A stretch of 64,000 nt of DNA from Candidatus Harrisonbacteria bacterium (GCA_016214655.1 JACROC010000002.1:3801-67800), one strand, 5' to 3'. Positions 46,082 to 56,093 are shown, numbered from the stretch's first letter. Numbers and translations are program-made. The notes: a model not told the origin generated them from the sequence alone.

Positions 46082-46534
46082 TTAATTCAAAATCGGGGGT
46101 AGTGGCCTGATTTGTACAGACTGCGCAGTGATGCTCCCATCAGAATTTACCGTTCCATTTATAGAAACATTTTCACCGATTTTAAGATCACTCAGAACGC
46201 CATTAATAAACTTCCCAACTTCGGTCACATCAGAATAAAAAACAATCTTTGAGCCGCCATCGCGAAGTTTAACGGTTATGCTCTTGTCGTCTTTGGAAAT
46301 AATTTCACCGCTTGCAAATCCGCCACTTTGTCCAAGCCTTCCTCCTCTAGACCCCCCGCTTCCACCAATTTCTTGAAACCGTTGCTGGCGTTCCTCTGAC
46401 GAAAGATTCTGAAAGTCTACGCGTGAAAATTGTCCGCGCAAACTTTTACTTTCCACATACTTCATCCCTCCATAAAACGCTCCGCCCCCGACCACCACAG
46501 CAACCGCTATGATAATTAAAATTAATTTATTCAT
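46082..46534 (-). CDS. Membrane-anchored protein (DUF5666-like)
   Basis: TM, Gly-rich linker, DLKIGENVSING...ITAQSVQI. Confidence 0.65.
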   Translation of the reverse strand: MNKLILIIIAVAVVVGGGAFYGGMKYVESKSLRGQFSRVDFQNLSSEERQQRFQEIGGSGGSRGGRLGQSGGFASGEIISKDDKSITVKLRDGGSKIVFYSDVTEVGKFINGVLSDLKIGENVSINGTVNSDGSITAQSVQIRPLPPILN

Positions 46535-47753
46535 ATCGTAATGCTTCGATTGGATTTAATGACGCAGCCCGGCGCGCAGGATAATAACCGAAAATAATTC
46601 CGATAGCGGCAGATACGCCGAATGCCAAGGCGATTGATGACAATGATACTTGTGTGGCAATTCCCGCAAATTGCGTGACGGCCAATGAAATAATCCAGCC
46701 CAGCAGTATCCCCATGAGACCTCCGAAAAATGTCAGCATTACCGCTTCGCTTAAGAACTGCAAACTGATGTCCTTTCTTTTTGCGCCGATGGCTTTGCGA
46801 AGCCCGATCTCGCGCGTTCGCTCAGTAACAGTGGTCAACATCATATTCATAATGCCGATGCCGCCCACAATGAGCGAGATGCCGGCAATGGAAGCAAGGA
46901 GAATAGTCATGGTATTAGTTACGGCGGAAGCGGTTTGCACGATGTCTTGCTGATTTAATACTTGAAAGTCGGCGAACTGGGGATTTGGGATGTTATGCCT
47001 TTGAAGTAAAAGATCGGTAATTTGCTGTTGAATGGTTGCCATGGTATCTGGACTTTCTGCCTGCACGCTGATGGTTGTCACATAATTATCGCCGGCAAGA
47101 AACCGCTGGGCAGTTGATAGAGGAATAAAAATCATATCGTCTTGATTAGTGAATCCAGATCCGCCCTTTGATTTGGTAATGCCGATAATCTTAAAATCTA
47201 CGCGGTTGATGCGAATGGTTTGGCCGATTGGAGTTGAATTTTCGCCAAATAGGTCATTTCGGGTGGTGGAACCCAGCACTGCCACTTTCGATAAGCTCCG
47301 CACATTTTGTTCAGAGATGAATGATCCGGCATCGATTTGAACATTCCGCACTTGCAGATAAGAAGCGACGGTGCCGACAACTTGTGTGTTGGTATTTTTG
47401 CCTTTTGTGGTAATTTGGTATCTTCGCGATATTTCAGGAGCCACGGCTTGCGCAAGCGTAATTTCTTTCTGAATGGCGTCGGCATCTTCTTGTTTAAGCG
47501 TTTGAGCTGATCCACGGCCGGCGCTTACCGGGCCCGCTCCAGCTCCTCTTTGAGCTCCGGGCATAACCAGCACCAAGTTTGAACCGATGGATTGGATGCT
47601 TGCCTGAATTGAACCAGATACGCCCTGTCCGATGGATATCATGGCGATGACTGATCCAATGCCGATAACAATACCAAGAATCGTGAGGCCTGACCTCGCT
47701 TTATTAGCCAAAAGGGCGGTGTATGTTTCGTAAAAAATGTCTTTTGATTTCAT
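46527..47753 (-). CDS. MacB/FtsX-type ABC permease
   Basis: GIVIGI, VGGIGIMN, TERTREIGLRKAIGA, PIEALRYE. Confidence 0.93.
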   Translation of the reverse strand: MKSKDIFYETYTALLANKARSGLTILGIVIGIGSVIAMISIGQGVSGSIQASIQSIGSNLVLVMPGAQRGAGAGPVSAGRGSAQTLKQEDADAIQKEITLAQAVAPEISRRYQITTKGKNTNTQVVGTVASYLQVRNVQIDAGSFISEQNVRSLSKVAVLGSTTRNDLFGENSTPIGQTIRINRVDFKIIGITKSKGGSGFTNQDDMIFIPLSTAQRFLAGDNYVTTISVQAESPDTMATIQQQITDLLLQRHNIPNPQFADFQVLNQQDIVQTASAVTNTMTILLASIAGISLIVGGIGIMNMMLTTVTERTREIGLRKAIGAKRKDISLQFLSEAVMLTFFGGLMGILLGWIISLAVTQFAGIATQVSLSSIALAFGVSAAIGIIFGYYPARRAASLNPIEALRYE

Positions 47754-48466
47754 TGATGCGCGTTGTGATTGGCAAGTCTGCGGTTTTTTACTTTACTGTC
47801 ATCCAAGATGCTTCCGTCACGAATATTGATGATACGCTCGGCGTGTTCCGCAACGTACTGCTCGTGCGTAATCAACACTATAGTGCGACCTTGTTCTTGG
47901 TGAAGCCGTTGAAAAGTATCCAGAACAATCTCTCCTGTTTTAGTGTCAAGATTGCCGGTCGGTTCATCGGCAAGCACTAGCGTCGGGTTGTTTACGAGCG
48001 CGCGGGCAATGGCCACTCTTTGCATCATTCCTCCGGAAAGCTGATTAGAATAATGATTCCAGAATTTATCCGGGAATGCGGAGGCAGTAAGAGCTTCTTC
48101 GGCATGCTTTTTTCGTTCCTCTTCTGATACGCCCGCATAAATCAGCGGAAGCATGACGTTTCGCAACACGCTGGTTCTCGGCAAAAGATTGAAGGACTGA
48201 AACACAAAACCAATTTTTTTCATCCGGATATCCGCCAGCTCATCATCCGCCAAAGTTGATACGTCTTTTCCGTCTAAAAAATAAGTTCCGCTGGTCGGCG
48301 TATCCAAAGCTCCAAGAATATGCATCAAAGTTGATTTACCGGAACCGGACGGACCCATAATCGCAACGAATTCGCCGTCTTTAATGACAAACGAAACGTC
48401 TTTCAACGCTTGTGTTTCTACATCGCTGGTCTTATATATTTTGCTGATATGTTTGCATTCAATCAT
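47750..48466 (-). CDS. MacB-type ABC ATP-binding protein
   Basis: [22 protein letters not shown]. Confidence 0.94.
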   Translation of the reverse strand: MIECKHISKIYKTSDVETQALKDVSFVIKDGEFVAIMGPSGSGKSTLMHILGALDTPTSGTYFLDGKDVSTLADDELADIRMKKIGFVFQSFNLLPRTSVLRNVMLPLIYAGVSEEERKKHAEEALTASAFPDKFWNHYSNQLSGGMMQRVAIARALVNNPTLVLADEPTGNLDTKTGEIVLDTFQRLHQEQGRTIVLITHEQYVAEHAERIINIRDGSILDDSKVKNRRLANHNAHQ

Positions 48467-48493
48467 TATCTTAAAAAAATTTTGGCGGGTGAA

Positions 48494-50233
48494 TTAACGA
48501 CGCGGCCCTCCGCCACCGCCTCCACCACCACCTCCTCCGCCGGTGATGCCCGGGATTCGCAAACTCGTATTCTGCTGAGTTTGGCTCTGTGAAGCAGTTT
48601 GCGTGATTGTTTGCGTCACGACTTGATCACCTTCATTGAGGCCGCTTGTGACTTCGGTCATCGTATCATTGGAAAGTCCCGTTTGAATGATTTGGCGTTT
48701 CGGCGTTTCGGTTTCGCTGGTAGATATTTCCACGTACGCCGTATCGCCCTGTTGTTTTACTGCAGAATTTGGAACGAGAAGCGCGTTTTGTTTGACATCG
48801 GTGATGATCGCAGCGGATACGCTCATACCCGGTTTAACCCGCTCATCCTGCGTGTCAAAACTGATTTTGACGCCGTAAGTAACCACTCCTTGGGTGACCG
48901 CTCCGACAGATTCTATTTCCACTACCTCTCCCGTGAAGGAAAGACTCTCGATCGCATCAAAGGTAAGTGTAACTTTCTGGCCGACTTTAACTTTCACAAT
49001 ATCTACTTCGTTTAATGAAATTTCCGCAATCTTTTGCTTAGTGATAAGAGTTGCGAGTGTCGAACCGCTAGAAACCGCATCTGTCTTCTTTGCATTTACT
49101 TTAGCAATGATACCTGAAAAAGGGGCGCGAATTACATAATCGGCAAGTTTCTCCTTTAAATCACTGAGGGCAACCCCTTTCTTTTTAATGCTATTTTGAG
49201 CGATTTGAAGATCAATAGGATTTATTCCGGTTGGATTATTTATCTCTAAAATACGAATATCCCTTTCTGTATTGAGAATCGCTCCCTTGGTGTCTGCCAA
49301 AGACTGCTTCTGCGCCAAAATAGAACTCAAATTGTTATTTACCGTGCTAAGGTAATTTTTGAGATTGGTTCGTAGCGTTGCTATCGATGGATTGAGATTT
49401 CGGTTTTTTTTCTCAGCGATATCTATAATCGTATCTAAAAGATTGGTCTCGCTTTTTGCCGCTTGGGCAATAGCTTTAGTGGTGTTAAGCGTCTCCTGCA
49501 AAAGTTCTTCCAAAAAAGATTCCTCGGAATAACGGGAAATAGCTTTAAAGTTAAGAAAATTCTTATCATACGCTTCTCGTGCGATTCCGTAGTCCTTATC
49601 TGCAATATCAGCAAAGGCCGTAACTAAATCCCTGTCTTCTTTATCAAACAAACTTTTATAGACGTCTATATTCCACTGCGACGTACGTGGTTCTAAATCC
49701 TTGCCAAATAAAATATTTTGAACTCCTGTTATTATGGAAGGGAGGTCAAGAAAAGCGTTAGAGACTGTATTGAATGTATCCTCGTATTCTTTTTCCAAGC
49801 TATCTTTTAATTTTTGAAGCGACTCAAGCTTGCGCTCGTAATCAATAGGGGCTTGGGCAATATCTTTATCAAGCTTTAATTTAGTTTCTTCAAGGTCTAG
49901 CTCCGCGTCAGCAACTGCCTTTTTAGCAGTGGTATCGTCAAGACTAAATAATGCTTGGCCTTGCGAAACTTCCTGGCCAACTTTTGCGCCTATCCAAATT
50001 ACATCTCCGGACACTTTTGGTTTAAGGTCCACCTGATTGGAAGCGGAAACCTGGCCGCTTCCGGAGATGGAAACAATAAGCGTGCCTTTTTGAACCTGCG
50101 CGGATACATAGCGAGTGGCAAAGCTTGTGCCAAAAAAATATTTATATCCGAAATAGCCACTGACAATAAACGCAACGGCAACCGCGCCAAATAAAATTTT
50201 TCTCTCCAAAACTTTTTTGATTAAATTTGCCAT
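48494..50233 (-). CDS. MacA/HlyD-like adaptor with a long coiled coil
   Basis: Lipoyl-like halves (PKVSG; IRAPFSG), PGMSV, VPNSAV; start MANLIKK. Confidence 0.88.
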   Translation of the reverse strand: MANLIKKVLERKILFGAVAVAFIVSGYFGYKYFFGTSFATRYVSAQVQKGTLIVSISGSGQVSASNQVDLKPKVSGDVIWIGAKVGQEVSQGQALFSLDDTTAKKAVADAELDLEETKLKLDKDIAQAPIDYERKLESLQKLKDSLEKEYEDTFNTVSNAFLDLPSIITGVQNILFGKDLEPRTSQWNIDVYKSLFDKEDRDLVTAFADIADKDYGIAREAYDKNFLNFKAISRYSEESFLEELLQETLNTTKAIAQAAKSETNLLDTIIDIAEKKNRNLNPSIATLRTNLKNYLSTVNNNLSSILAQKQSLADTKGAILNTERDIRILEINNPTGINPIDLQIAQNSIKKKGVALSDLKEKLADYVIRAPFSGIIAKVNAKKTDAVSSGSTLATLITKQKIAEISLNEVDIVKVKVGQKVTLTFDAIESLSFTGEVVEIESVGAVTQGVVTYGVKISFDTQDERVKPGMSVSAAIITDVKQNALLVPNSAVKQQGDTAYVEISTSETETPKRQIIQTGLSNDTMTEVTSGLNEGDQVVTQTITQTASQSQTQQNTSLRIPGITGGGGGGGGGGGGPRR

Positions 50234-50240
50234 AATGTGT

Positions 50241-50696
50241 CTATCGGAAAACCCGAATAAACTTTGCCTCGATTTGGCCTTGATCATTCGGGGAACCGAT
50301 GATGACCACTTGATCGTCAACTTTAAGGTCGCTTGCTTTTAATGATTCGCGGCGACTGTCGATTGTCGTTTTGTCAGAGACAAGAACTGTTTTTTCAACT
50401 TCGCCTTTTCCTTTGATGATAAGGGTCGAGCCGTCAATTCTGATGATTGACCCAAAAGTGCCGTGAGCATTTATATAATCACGATCTCCAAAGCTGCGCC
50501 TGAAATCTCCGAAAAATCCCCCTTTGGGTCCAGCAAAATTACGGTGATAATTTTCTCCCCACTTATAAGAGAAGCGCGCCTTTCTATACCCGGTGAATTC
50601 CCCCGCCTTAAATACCAAAATCATGACAATCAACGCGCCGATAGCGATAAGCACTATCTTAAATATTTTTGATTGAAAAAATTCGTTGAAATCCAT
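50241..50696 (-). CDS. Membrane-anchored protein (DUF5666-like)
   Basis: TM; DLKVDDQVVIIG...IEAKFIRV. Confidence 0.65.
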   Translation of the reverse strand: MDFNEFFQSKIFKIVLIAIGALIVMILVFKAGEFTGYRKARFSYKWGENYHRNFAGPKGGFFGDFRRSFGDRDYINAHGTFGSIIRIDGSTLIIKGKGEVEKTVLVSDKTTIDSRRESLKASDLKVDDQVVIIGSPNDQGQIEAKFIRVFR

Positions 50697-50703
50697 AATT
50701 TTA

Positions 50704-51123
50704 TTAGCTATTAATTAATTGCGGCTGGTTAAAAACTATCTTTATCGCTTGAGCAAGGTGCTTGAGCGACCAGAGAAAAATCAGTGTGGTGGCAAGGAAT
50801 GTGATTATGCTTACTGCTGGCAGGGATTCAAGAATAGCCAGGCCAAAATCTTGCCAGTTGGCCATTACCGATCCTAAGTCAGAAAAGATTAAAGAGAGAA
50901 ATTGGGAGAAACCAGATTGCGCGAATTCTTGCTGGAAAGCGTTGATTGCCGGGATAAATGCTGTGGCAGATACAACGACAGCGATTGAAAAGAGGATAAG
51001 CCGCCTTTTGACAAAAAGGAGCTGTTCTTCCTCGCGAATACGGGCAATTATTTTATCAAAAAGTCCCTCCGGCGGCTCTGGCGGAGTAAAGTGCGTGAAT
51101 AATTTTTTGTAGTCCCTACGCAT
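50704..51123 (-). CDS. Putative membrane anti-sigma factor
   Basis: PPEGLFDKIIARI followed by TM segments; directly downstream of the ECF sigma. Confidence 0.6.
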   Translation of the reverse strand: MRRDYKKLFTHFTPPEPPEGLFDKIIARIREEEQLLFVKRRLILFSIAVVVSATAFIPAINAFQQEFAQSGFSQFLSLIFSDLGSVMANWQDFGLAILESLPAVSIITFLATTLIFLWSLKHLAQAIKIVFNQPQLINS

Positions 51124-51190
51124 ATATACTAATACGACAAAAGGATGCATTTTGGTGCATCCTTTAAAATTTCATTTTAGCGCATTACTT

Positions 51191-51745
51191 CTATTGAGCG
51201 AGATTTCTCAATATGATAACGGCTCTTCGGTACCTTGATTTTATAGTATTTAATGACTCTCCTAAAAATTCGGCAATTTCTTTAAAAGTAAAATTATCGT
51301 TGCAACGTAAAAACAATACTGTCCGGTATTGAAGCGATAATTTATTTATTGCGCCGGTAAACGCCAAAGAAAACTCCTGCTGTTCGAGAAGCTCTTGAGC
51401 AGAAGAAGCGGGATCGGCAAATGTTTCCAAAAGCGAATTTTCTCCTTTTTCATTTTCAAATGCCGAAAAGGAAATGGTTTTTTTCTTTTTAAGAAAATCT
51501 ATTGTTGTATTTTTAGCGATGGCGAAAATCCAGGTTTTAAAACTTTTTGATTGGTCAAACTTTTTAAGGCTACGCCACGCTTTCACAAAAACTTCCTGAG
51601 TGGTATCTTCAGCGTCTCGCTCATCACCGACGTACCTATACACAAAACCATAAATAGGCCTTAAGTATCTTTGTACCAGAACCTCGAATGCACCGGAATC
51701 GCCCCGAAGATAATCGATTATAAGCTGTTCATCTAACTGTTGCAT
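51191..51745 (-). CDS. ECF RNA polymerase sigma factor
   Basis: DAEDTTQEVF, SFKTWIF.IAKN, EIAEFL..SLNTIKSR; start MQQLDE. Confidence 0.92.
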   Translation of the reverse strand: MQQLDEQLIIDYLRGDSGAFEVLVQRYLRPIYGFVYRYVGDERDAEDTTQEVFVKAWRSLKKFDQSKSFKTWIFAIAKNTTIDFLKKKKTISFSAFENEKGENSLLETFADPASSAQELLEQQEFSLAFTGAINKLSLQYRTVLFLRCNDNFTFKEIAEFLGESLNTIKSRYRRAVIILRNLAQ

Positions 51746-51779
51746 ATAAATATTGTAGCAGTTAATATAAAATTTAACT

Positions 51780-52328
51780 ATGAACAAAAAAGAGATAATA
51801 GTCTTCGGGGGAGGATGTTTTTGGTGCACTGAAGCGATATTTTTAGAGCTAAAAGGAGTCACTTCTGTAATTCCCGGTTATACCGGCGGAACAACCGCGA
51901 ATCCAACCTATGACGAAGTTTCTACCGGAAAGACCGGCCACGTGGAAGTAATCAGAATAGAATACGACCCTAAAATAATCTCCGCAGAAAAACTCCTGGA
52001 GGTTTTCTTCATGAGCCACGACCCAACCACGCTTAACAAGCAAGGAGCTGATATCGGTTCCCAATACCGCTCAATTATTCTTTACACCAACGAAACACAA
52101 CTCCAAACAGCGAAATCATATATTAAAAACCTTGATGAAAGTAAAAAATATCCAAAACCAATCGTAACCGAATTAAAACAGCTCGAAAATTTCTACCCCG
52201 CCGAGGAATATCATCAAAAATTCTACGAAAAAAATCCGGAAATGCCCTACTCGCAAGCCATAATCGCGCCAAAGGTGGAAAAACTGCGCCAGCACTTTAA
52301 AGAATTGCTCAAGAAAAAATCCGCTTGA
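51780..52328 (+). CDS. msrA: Peptide methionine sulfoxide reductase A
   Basis: GGGCFWC, HDPT, QGADIGSQYRS, AEEYHQ. Confidence 0.96.
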   Translation: MNKKEIIVFGGGCFWCTEAIFLELKGVTSVIPGYTGGTTANPTYDEVSTGKTGHVEVIRIEYDPKIISAEKLLEVFFMSHDPTTLNKQGADIGSQYRSIILYTNETQLQTAKSYIKNLDESKKYPKPIVTELKQLENFYPAEEYHQKFYEKNPEMPYSQAIIAPKVEKLRQHFKELLKKKSA

Positions 52329-52445
52329 GCGGATTAAGATAAGAAATAATACAACGTGCCCGCTAAAATTATTGCTAGCGTGGTGGAAGTTTTAGGATAC
52401 TGCGGAACAATATGCAGTATGCTCGTAATGTAGCCGAATCCCAGT

Positions 52446-52583
52446 TCATACATTAGCGCGCCCCCTTACAGCCCCAACACCAGCCAAATCCCCGGCTTTA
52501 ATGCCGTTTTGCAAAAGACTTTGAATTGCTCTGCCAATCAACAGCTCTTCATTACGCGCCGGAATAACCGCTGCAATTTTCAT
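52446..52583 (-). pseudogene. Truncated GT2 glycosyltransferase fragment
   Basis: MKIAAVIPARNEELLIGRAIQSLL, then a stop at codon 46. Confidence 0.6.
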
Positions 52584-52658
52584 AGCAGCCTTCCATACTT
52601 TCAAAGAACTTAACTAGGTATTGAGCAAAAATAAGAAAAGTCAATAAAAAGTCCTTGG

Positions 52659-53381
52659 TCAAAACTCTTCGCGCGGCTTAGATTTTTTAATAATCTCAAA
52701 AGCCTCTTCGGCGGTATCAACTAAATAATAAAGCTTCAAATCTTCCGCATCGATAGTCTGGTAATCCTTAACCAGTTTTTCTTTCATCCACCTATCTAAC
52801 GTACCCCAAAAATCTTTGCCTACCAGCACTACCGGTATTTTTTCATAAATCTTTTTAGTCTGAATAAGAGTCAATATTTCAAATGCTTCGTCTAAAGTTC
52901 CGTAACCACCAGGGAAAAATACATATGCCTGGGCAGAATATGAAAGCATCACTTTTCTAGTGAAGAAATAATGGAAACCGATGGCTTTGCGGACAAAAGG
53001 ATTAATACGCTGCTCAAACGGGAGTTGTATGTTAAGACCGACAGAATCGCCCTTACCCTCCACTGCTCCGCGATTAGCCGCCTCCATAATGCCCGGACCG
53101 CCGCCAGTAATAATTCCAAAACCGGCTCGAGCCAGTATTCTTCCCAATTTCTGCGCCTCACGATACCAATGGTCATCTTGCGGAAGACGAGCAGATCCGA
53201 AAAAAGTCACGGTTTTTTTAAAATCAGTCACAAACTGAAAACCGTCTACAAATTCAGCCATTATTCTAAATACCCGCCAATGGAAAGAGTTGCGCCAATC
53301 TTTTCTGGGTTTTTCAATTTTAGGCAATTCCTTGGCTGGAACATTGAGTCCACTGGGATTTTTTTGAATCTTATCAGCCAT
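52659..53381 (-). CDS. LOG family (TIGR00730-like) protein
   Basis: TGGGPGIMEA, FFTRK, PGGYGTLDE. Confidence 0.92.
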   Translation of the reverse strand: MADKIQKNPSGLNVPAKELPKIEKPRKDWRNSFHWRVFRIMAEFVDGFQFVTDFKKTVTFFGSARLPQDDHWYREAQKLGRILARAGFGIITGGGPGIMEAANRGAVEGKGDSVGLNIQLPFEQRINPFVRKAIGFHYFFTRKVMLSYSAQAYVFFPGGYGTLDEAFEILTLIQTKKIYEKIPVVLVGKDFWGTLDRWMKEKLVKDYQTIDAEDLKLYYLVDTAEEAFEIIKKSKPREEF

Positions 53382-53463
53382 ATAAATTATTGTATCATAT
53401 TTTATCCTATCTAGCTATTTTCATAAAAATTTATTAAAATAGGAGAATAGGATCCAATTTATT

Positions 53464-53556
53464 ATGAAACCCAGGTGGAAAAAAATCATAACTCACTTTA
53501 TGGTCTGGACCGTAATCATCGGCATGCTAGGCACCGGCTTATTAGCGCTATTTTAA
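53464..53556 (+). CDS. Small membrane peptide, 30 aa (not in the ORF track)
   Basis: MKPRWKKIITHFMVWTVIIGMLGTGLLALF. Confidence 0.5.
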   Translation: MKPRWKKIITHFMVWTVIIGMLGTGLLALF

Positions 53557-53597
53557 AATTATCCAACAATAAAGGAAAATAGCCCGGCTGGGCTATT

Positions 53598-54506
53598 TTA
53601 TATTTTCAGATATCTTCTCACTGCAATGATACTGGAAACCGTCCCCAACACCACGCCAAATCCTAGCTGATAACCGGTCAATTTCAATAAATTACTGTAA
53701 AAATATCCGTTAATATTAACCTCGGGCATTAAAACTTTAACATAGGGAGCCGCAACCGATATCAGCGGAACCATCAAAAGCATGCTCAGAAATGCCGCTA
53801 AAATTCCGTAAAGCACACCCTGGATTATATAAGGCCCGCTAATAAATTTATTTGCGGCGCCGACCAGACGCATAACACCGATTTCATCGCGCGTGGAATA
53901 AATGGTAAGAATTATGGTATTTAAAGTCACAAAAACTGCAATAACAGATAAAATAACAGTGAGTGCTACTCCGCCTTTACCGGCAGTCTCGGCGATATTA
54001 GCCAAACGATTAATTATCAATTGATTCTGACTATAAGTGACCTGATCAACTAGATTATTCAGATTTTCATTATTCAGATAGGAAACAATAACCGGATAAT
54101 CGCGGGGATCTTTTGCTTTTATATTCAATGAGGCCGAAAGCGGGTTTTCACCCAAAACCTCCAGCGCTTGATTAATAGTTTGATCCTCTTTGTGGCGATC
54201 TTTGAAAGACTGCAAAGCCAAATCGCGCGAAATGTATTCAACATCTTTAACTTCGGATAAGCTGGCCAATGATCTTTGAACTTTCAAAATATCATCCTCA
54301 GAAACGTTAGTCTGGAAATAAACGCTAATATCAATTTTATCCCGCAAAATTGCTAACGCGCTATCGGCTAAAACATTGAAAATAATCAGATTCAAAAAAA
54401 CGAAAAGCACCAGGGTCATAACCGACAACGCTGGTATGGAAGACCAGCCATTCCTGAAAAATCCCTGGACACCGTATTTAATTATGCGATATAAAGTAGT
54501 TACCAA
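53598..54506 (-). CDS. ftsX: Cell division permease FtsX
   Basis: EIGVMRLVGA..FISGPY; downstream of ftsE. Confidence 0.93.
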   Translation of the reverse strand: MVTTLYRIIKYGVQGFFRNGWSSIPALSVMTLVLFVFLNLIIFNVLADSALAILRDKIDISVYFQTNVSEDDILKVQRSLASLSEVKDVEYISRDLALQSFKDRHKEDQTINQALEVLGENPLSASLNIKAKDPRDYPVIVSYLNNENLNNLVDQVTYSQNQLIINRLANIAETAGKGGVALTVILSVIAVFVTLNTIILTIYSTRDEIGVMRLVGAANKFISGPYIIQGVLYGILAAFLSMLLMVPLISVAAPYVKVLMPEVNINGYFYSNLLKLTGYQLGFGVVLGTVSSIIAVRRYLKI

Positions 54507-54550
54507 TCGTGTAAGCGACTAGTAGTTAGCGATTAGCGACTAGAAATTTA

Positions 54551-54581
<31 letters not shown>

Positions 54582-54584
54582 AAT

Positions 54585-55268
54585 TTATGCAAGTACGTAC
54601 TTCCCATTTGCTTCATCTCTTATAATTCTACCATTATCCAGACTGATTACGCGCCGGTTAAGGCTATTAACTATTTCGCGATTATGGGTGACCAAAATAA
54701 CCGTGGTTCCAAGTTCATTAATTTTCAAAAGTAATTTTACGATGTCGCCGGCATGGATAGGATCCAGATTACCAGTTGGTTCATCAGCAACTACAACTGC
54801 CGGCCGATTAATCATCGCCCTAGCAATAGCCACTCGCTGCTTCTCACCACCGGATAACTCATGGGGGAAATTGCGGGCCCGATGAGCCAGCCCAACCATA
54901 TCCAAAACCTGCGGCACAAATTCATCAATTTCCGACTGCGGCCTTCCCTCCACCTCTAAAGCAAAGGCAATATTTTCCTGAGCGGTCTTGGTCGGCAATA
55001 ATCTGAAATCTTGAAACACTATGCCAATCTGCCTCCGCAAAGCTGGCATCTCCTGCGGCTTTAATTTATTTACTTCGTAAGGGCCGAAAAAAACCCGTCC
55101 TTTAGTTGGTTTTTCTTCACCAATAAGAAGCTTAATTATCGTTGACTTACCGGCGCCATTGCGTCCGACAATACAAATAAACTCTTTTGGTTGGATTGTA
55201 AGATTAACACCCTCCAGCGCCACCGAATGACTGTTATAAACCTTAGAGACATTTTGGAAGCTAATCAT
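54585..55268 (-). CDS. ftsE: Cell division ATP-binding protein FtsE
   Basis: [35 protein letters not shown]. Confidence 0.94.
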   Translation of the reverse strand: MISFQNVSKVYNSHSVALEGVNLTIQPKEFICIVGRNGAGKSTIIKLLIGEEKPTKGRVFFGPYEVNKLKPQEMPALRRQIGIVFQDFRLLPTKTAQENIAFALEVEGRPQSEIDEFVPQVLDMVGLAHRARNFPHELSGGEKQRVAIARAMINRPAVVVADEPTGNLDPIHAGDIVKLLLKINELGTTVILVTHNREIVNSLNRRVISLDNGRIIRDEANGKYVLA

Positions 55269-55277
55269 AGAACAATA

Positions 55278-56000
55278 CTATTGTAGCTCTGCATTGATGA
55301 ACTTATCAAGATCTCCGGCTAAAACCTTATCCGGCTGATGGCTAACCATTTTAGTACGGTGATCTTTCACTTGTTGATAGGGATGGAGAACATAAGAACG
55401 GATTTGATTCCCCCATTCGGGTGTCACCTTCGTTCTTAATTTTGAAAGTTCCCTTTCTTGTTTTTCTTCCATTAATTTGAACAACTTCGCTTTCAGAAGT
55501 GAAAGTGCCTTTTCTTTGTTCTGAGATTGGGAACGCTCTACCTGGGAAGCAGCCGCCAAACCAGTCGGTAAATGAACTACCCTAACCGCAGTTTCTCGTT
55601 TATTGACATTTTGCCCGCCAGGACCGCTAGAGCGGGATAATTCAAATTTTAAATCTTCCGGAGGAATAGTTAAATTCTTCGCCTCCAATTCCGGTAATTC
55701 CGGCAAAACCTCCACCAGGGCAAAAGAAGTATGACGTAACTGCTTTGCGTCAAACGGAGAAATCCTGACTAGCCGATGCACGCCGACTTCTTTTTTTAAA
55801 CTACCATACGCATATTCCCCCCTTATGTCTATTGCCCGCTCATCGATCAGGCTTACCTTCCAGCCACGCTTCTGGGCATACTTTACATACATATTCAAAA
55901 GCATATTCGCCCAATTCTTTGCGTCTTCTCCGCCAACTCCAGGATGAATAGAAATATGCGCATGGCCCTTATCGTATTTTCCAGTTAATTGTTTAAACAT
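55278..56000 (-). CDS. prfB: Peptide chain release factor 2 lacking the N-terminal domain
   Basis: HRLVRISPF (SPF), GGQ, WGNQIRSYV. Confidence 0.88.
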   Translation of the reverse strand: MFKQLTGKYDKGHAHISIHPGVGGEDAKNWANMLLNMYVKYAQKRGWKVSLIDERAIDIRGEYAYGSLKKEVGVHRLVRISPFDAKQLRHTSFALVEVLPELPELEAKNLTIPPEDLKFELSRSSGPGGQNVNKRETAVRVVHLPTGLAAASQVERSQSQNKEKALSLLKAKLFKLMEEKQERELSKLRTKVTPEWGNQIRSYVLHPYQQVKDHRTKMVSHQPDKVLAGDLDKFINAELQ

Positions 56001-56007
56001 ATATTTG

Positions 56008-56078
56008 AGCCAAAGGCGGGAATCGAACCCACGTTTATCGCTTACGAAGCGACTGTTCTGCCACTGAACTACTTTGGC
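56008..56078 (-). tRNA. tRNA-Thr(CGT)
   Basis: GCCAAAG/CTTTGGC acceptor; GTCGC-TTCGTAA-GCGAT anticodon arm. Confidence 0.92.
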
Positions 56079-56093
56079 ATTAAAACTAAAATA

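Noticed and set aside
46082-51745. ECF sigma/anti-sigma/MacAB-like cluster as a novel system
   Set aside because: It is an ordinary envelope-stress/export module built from recognisable families.
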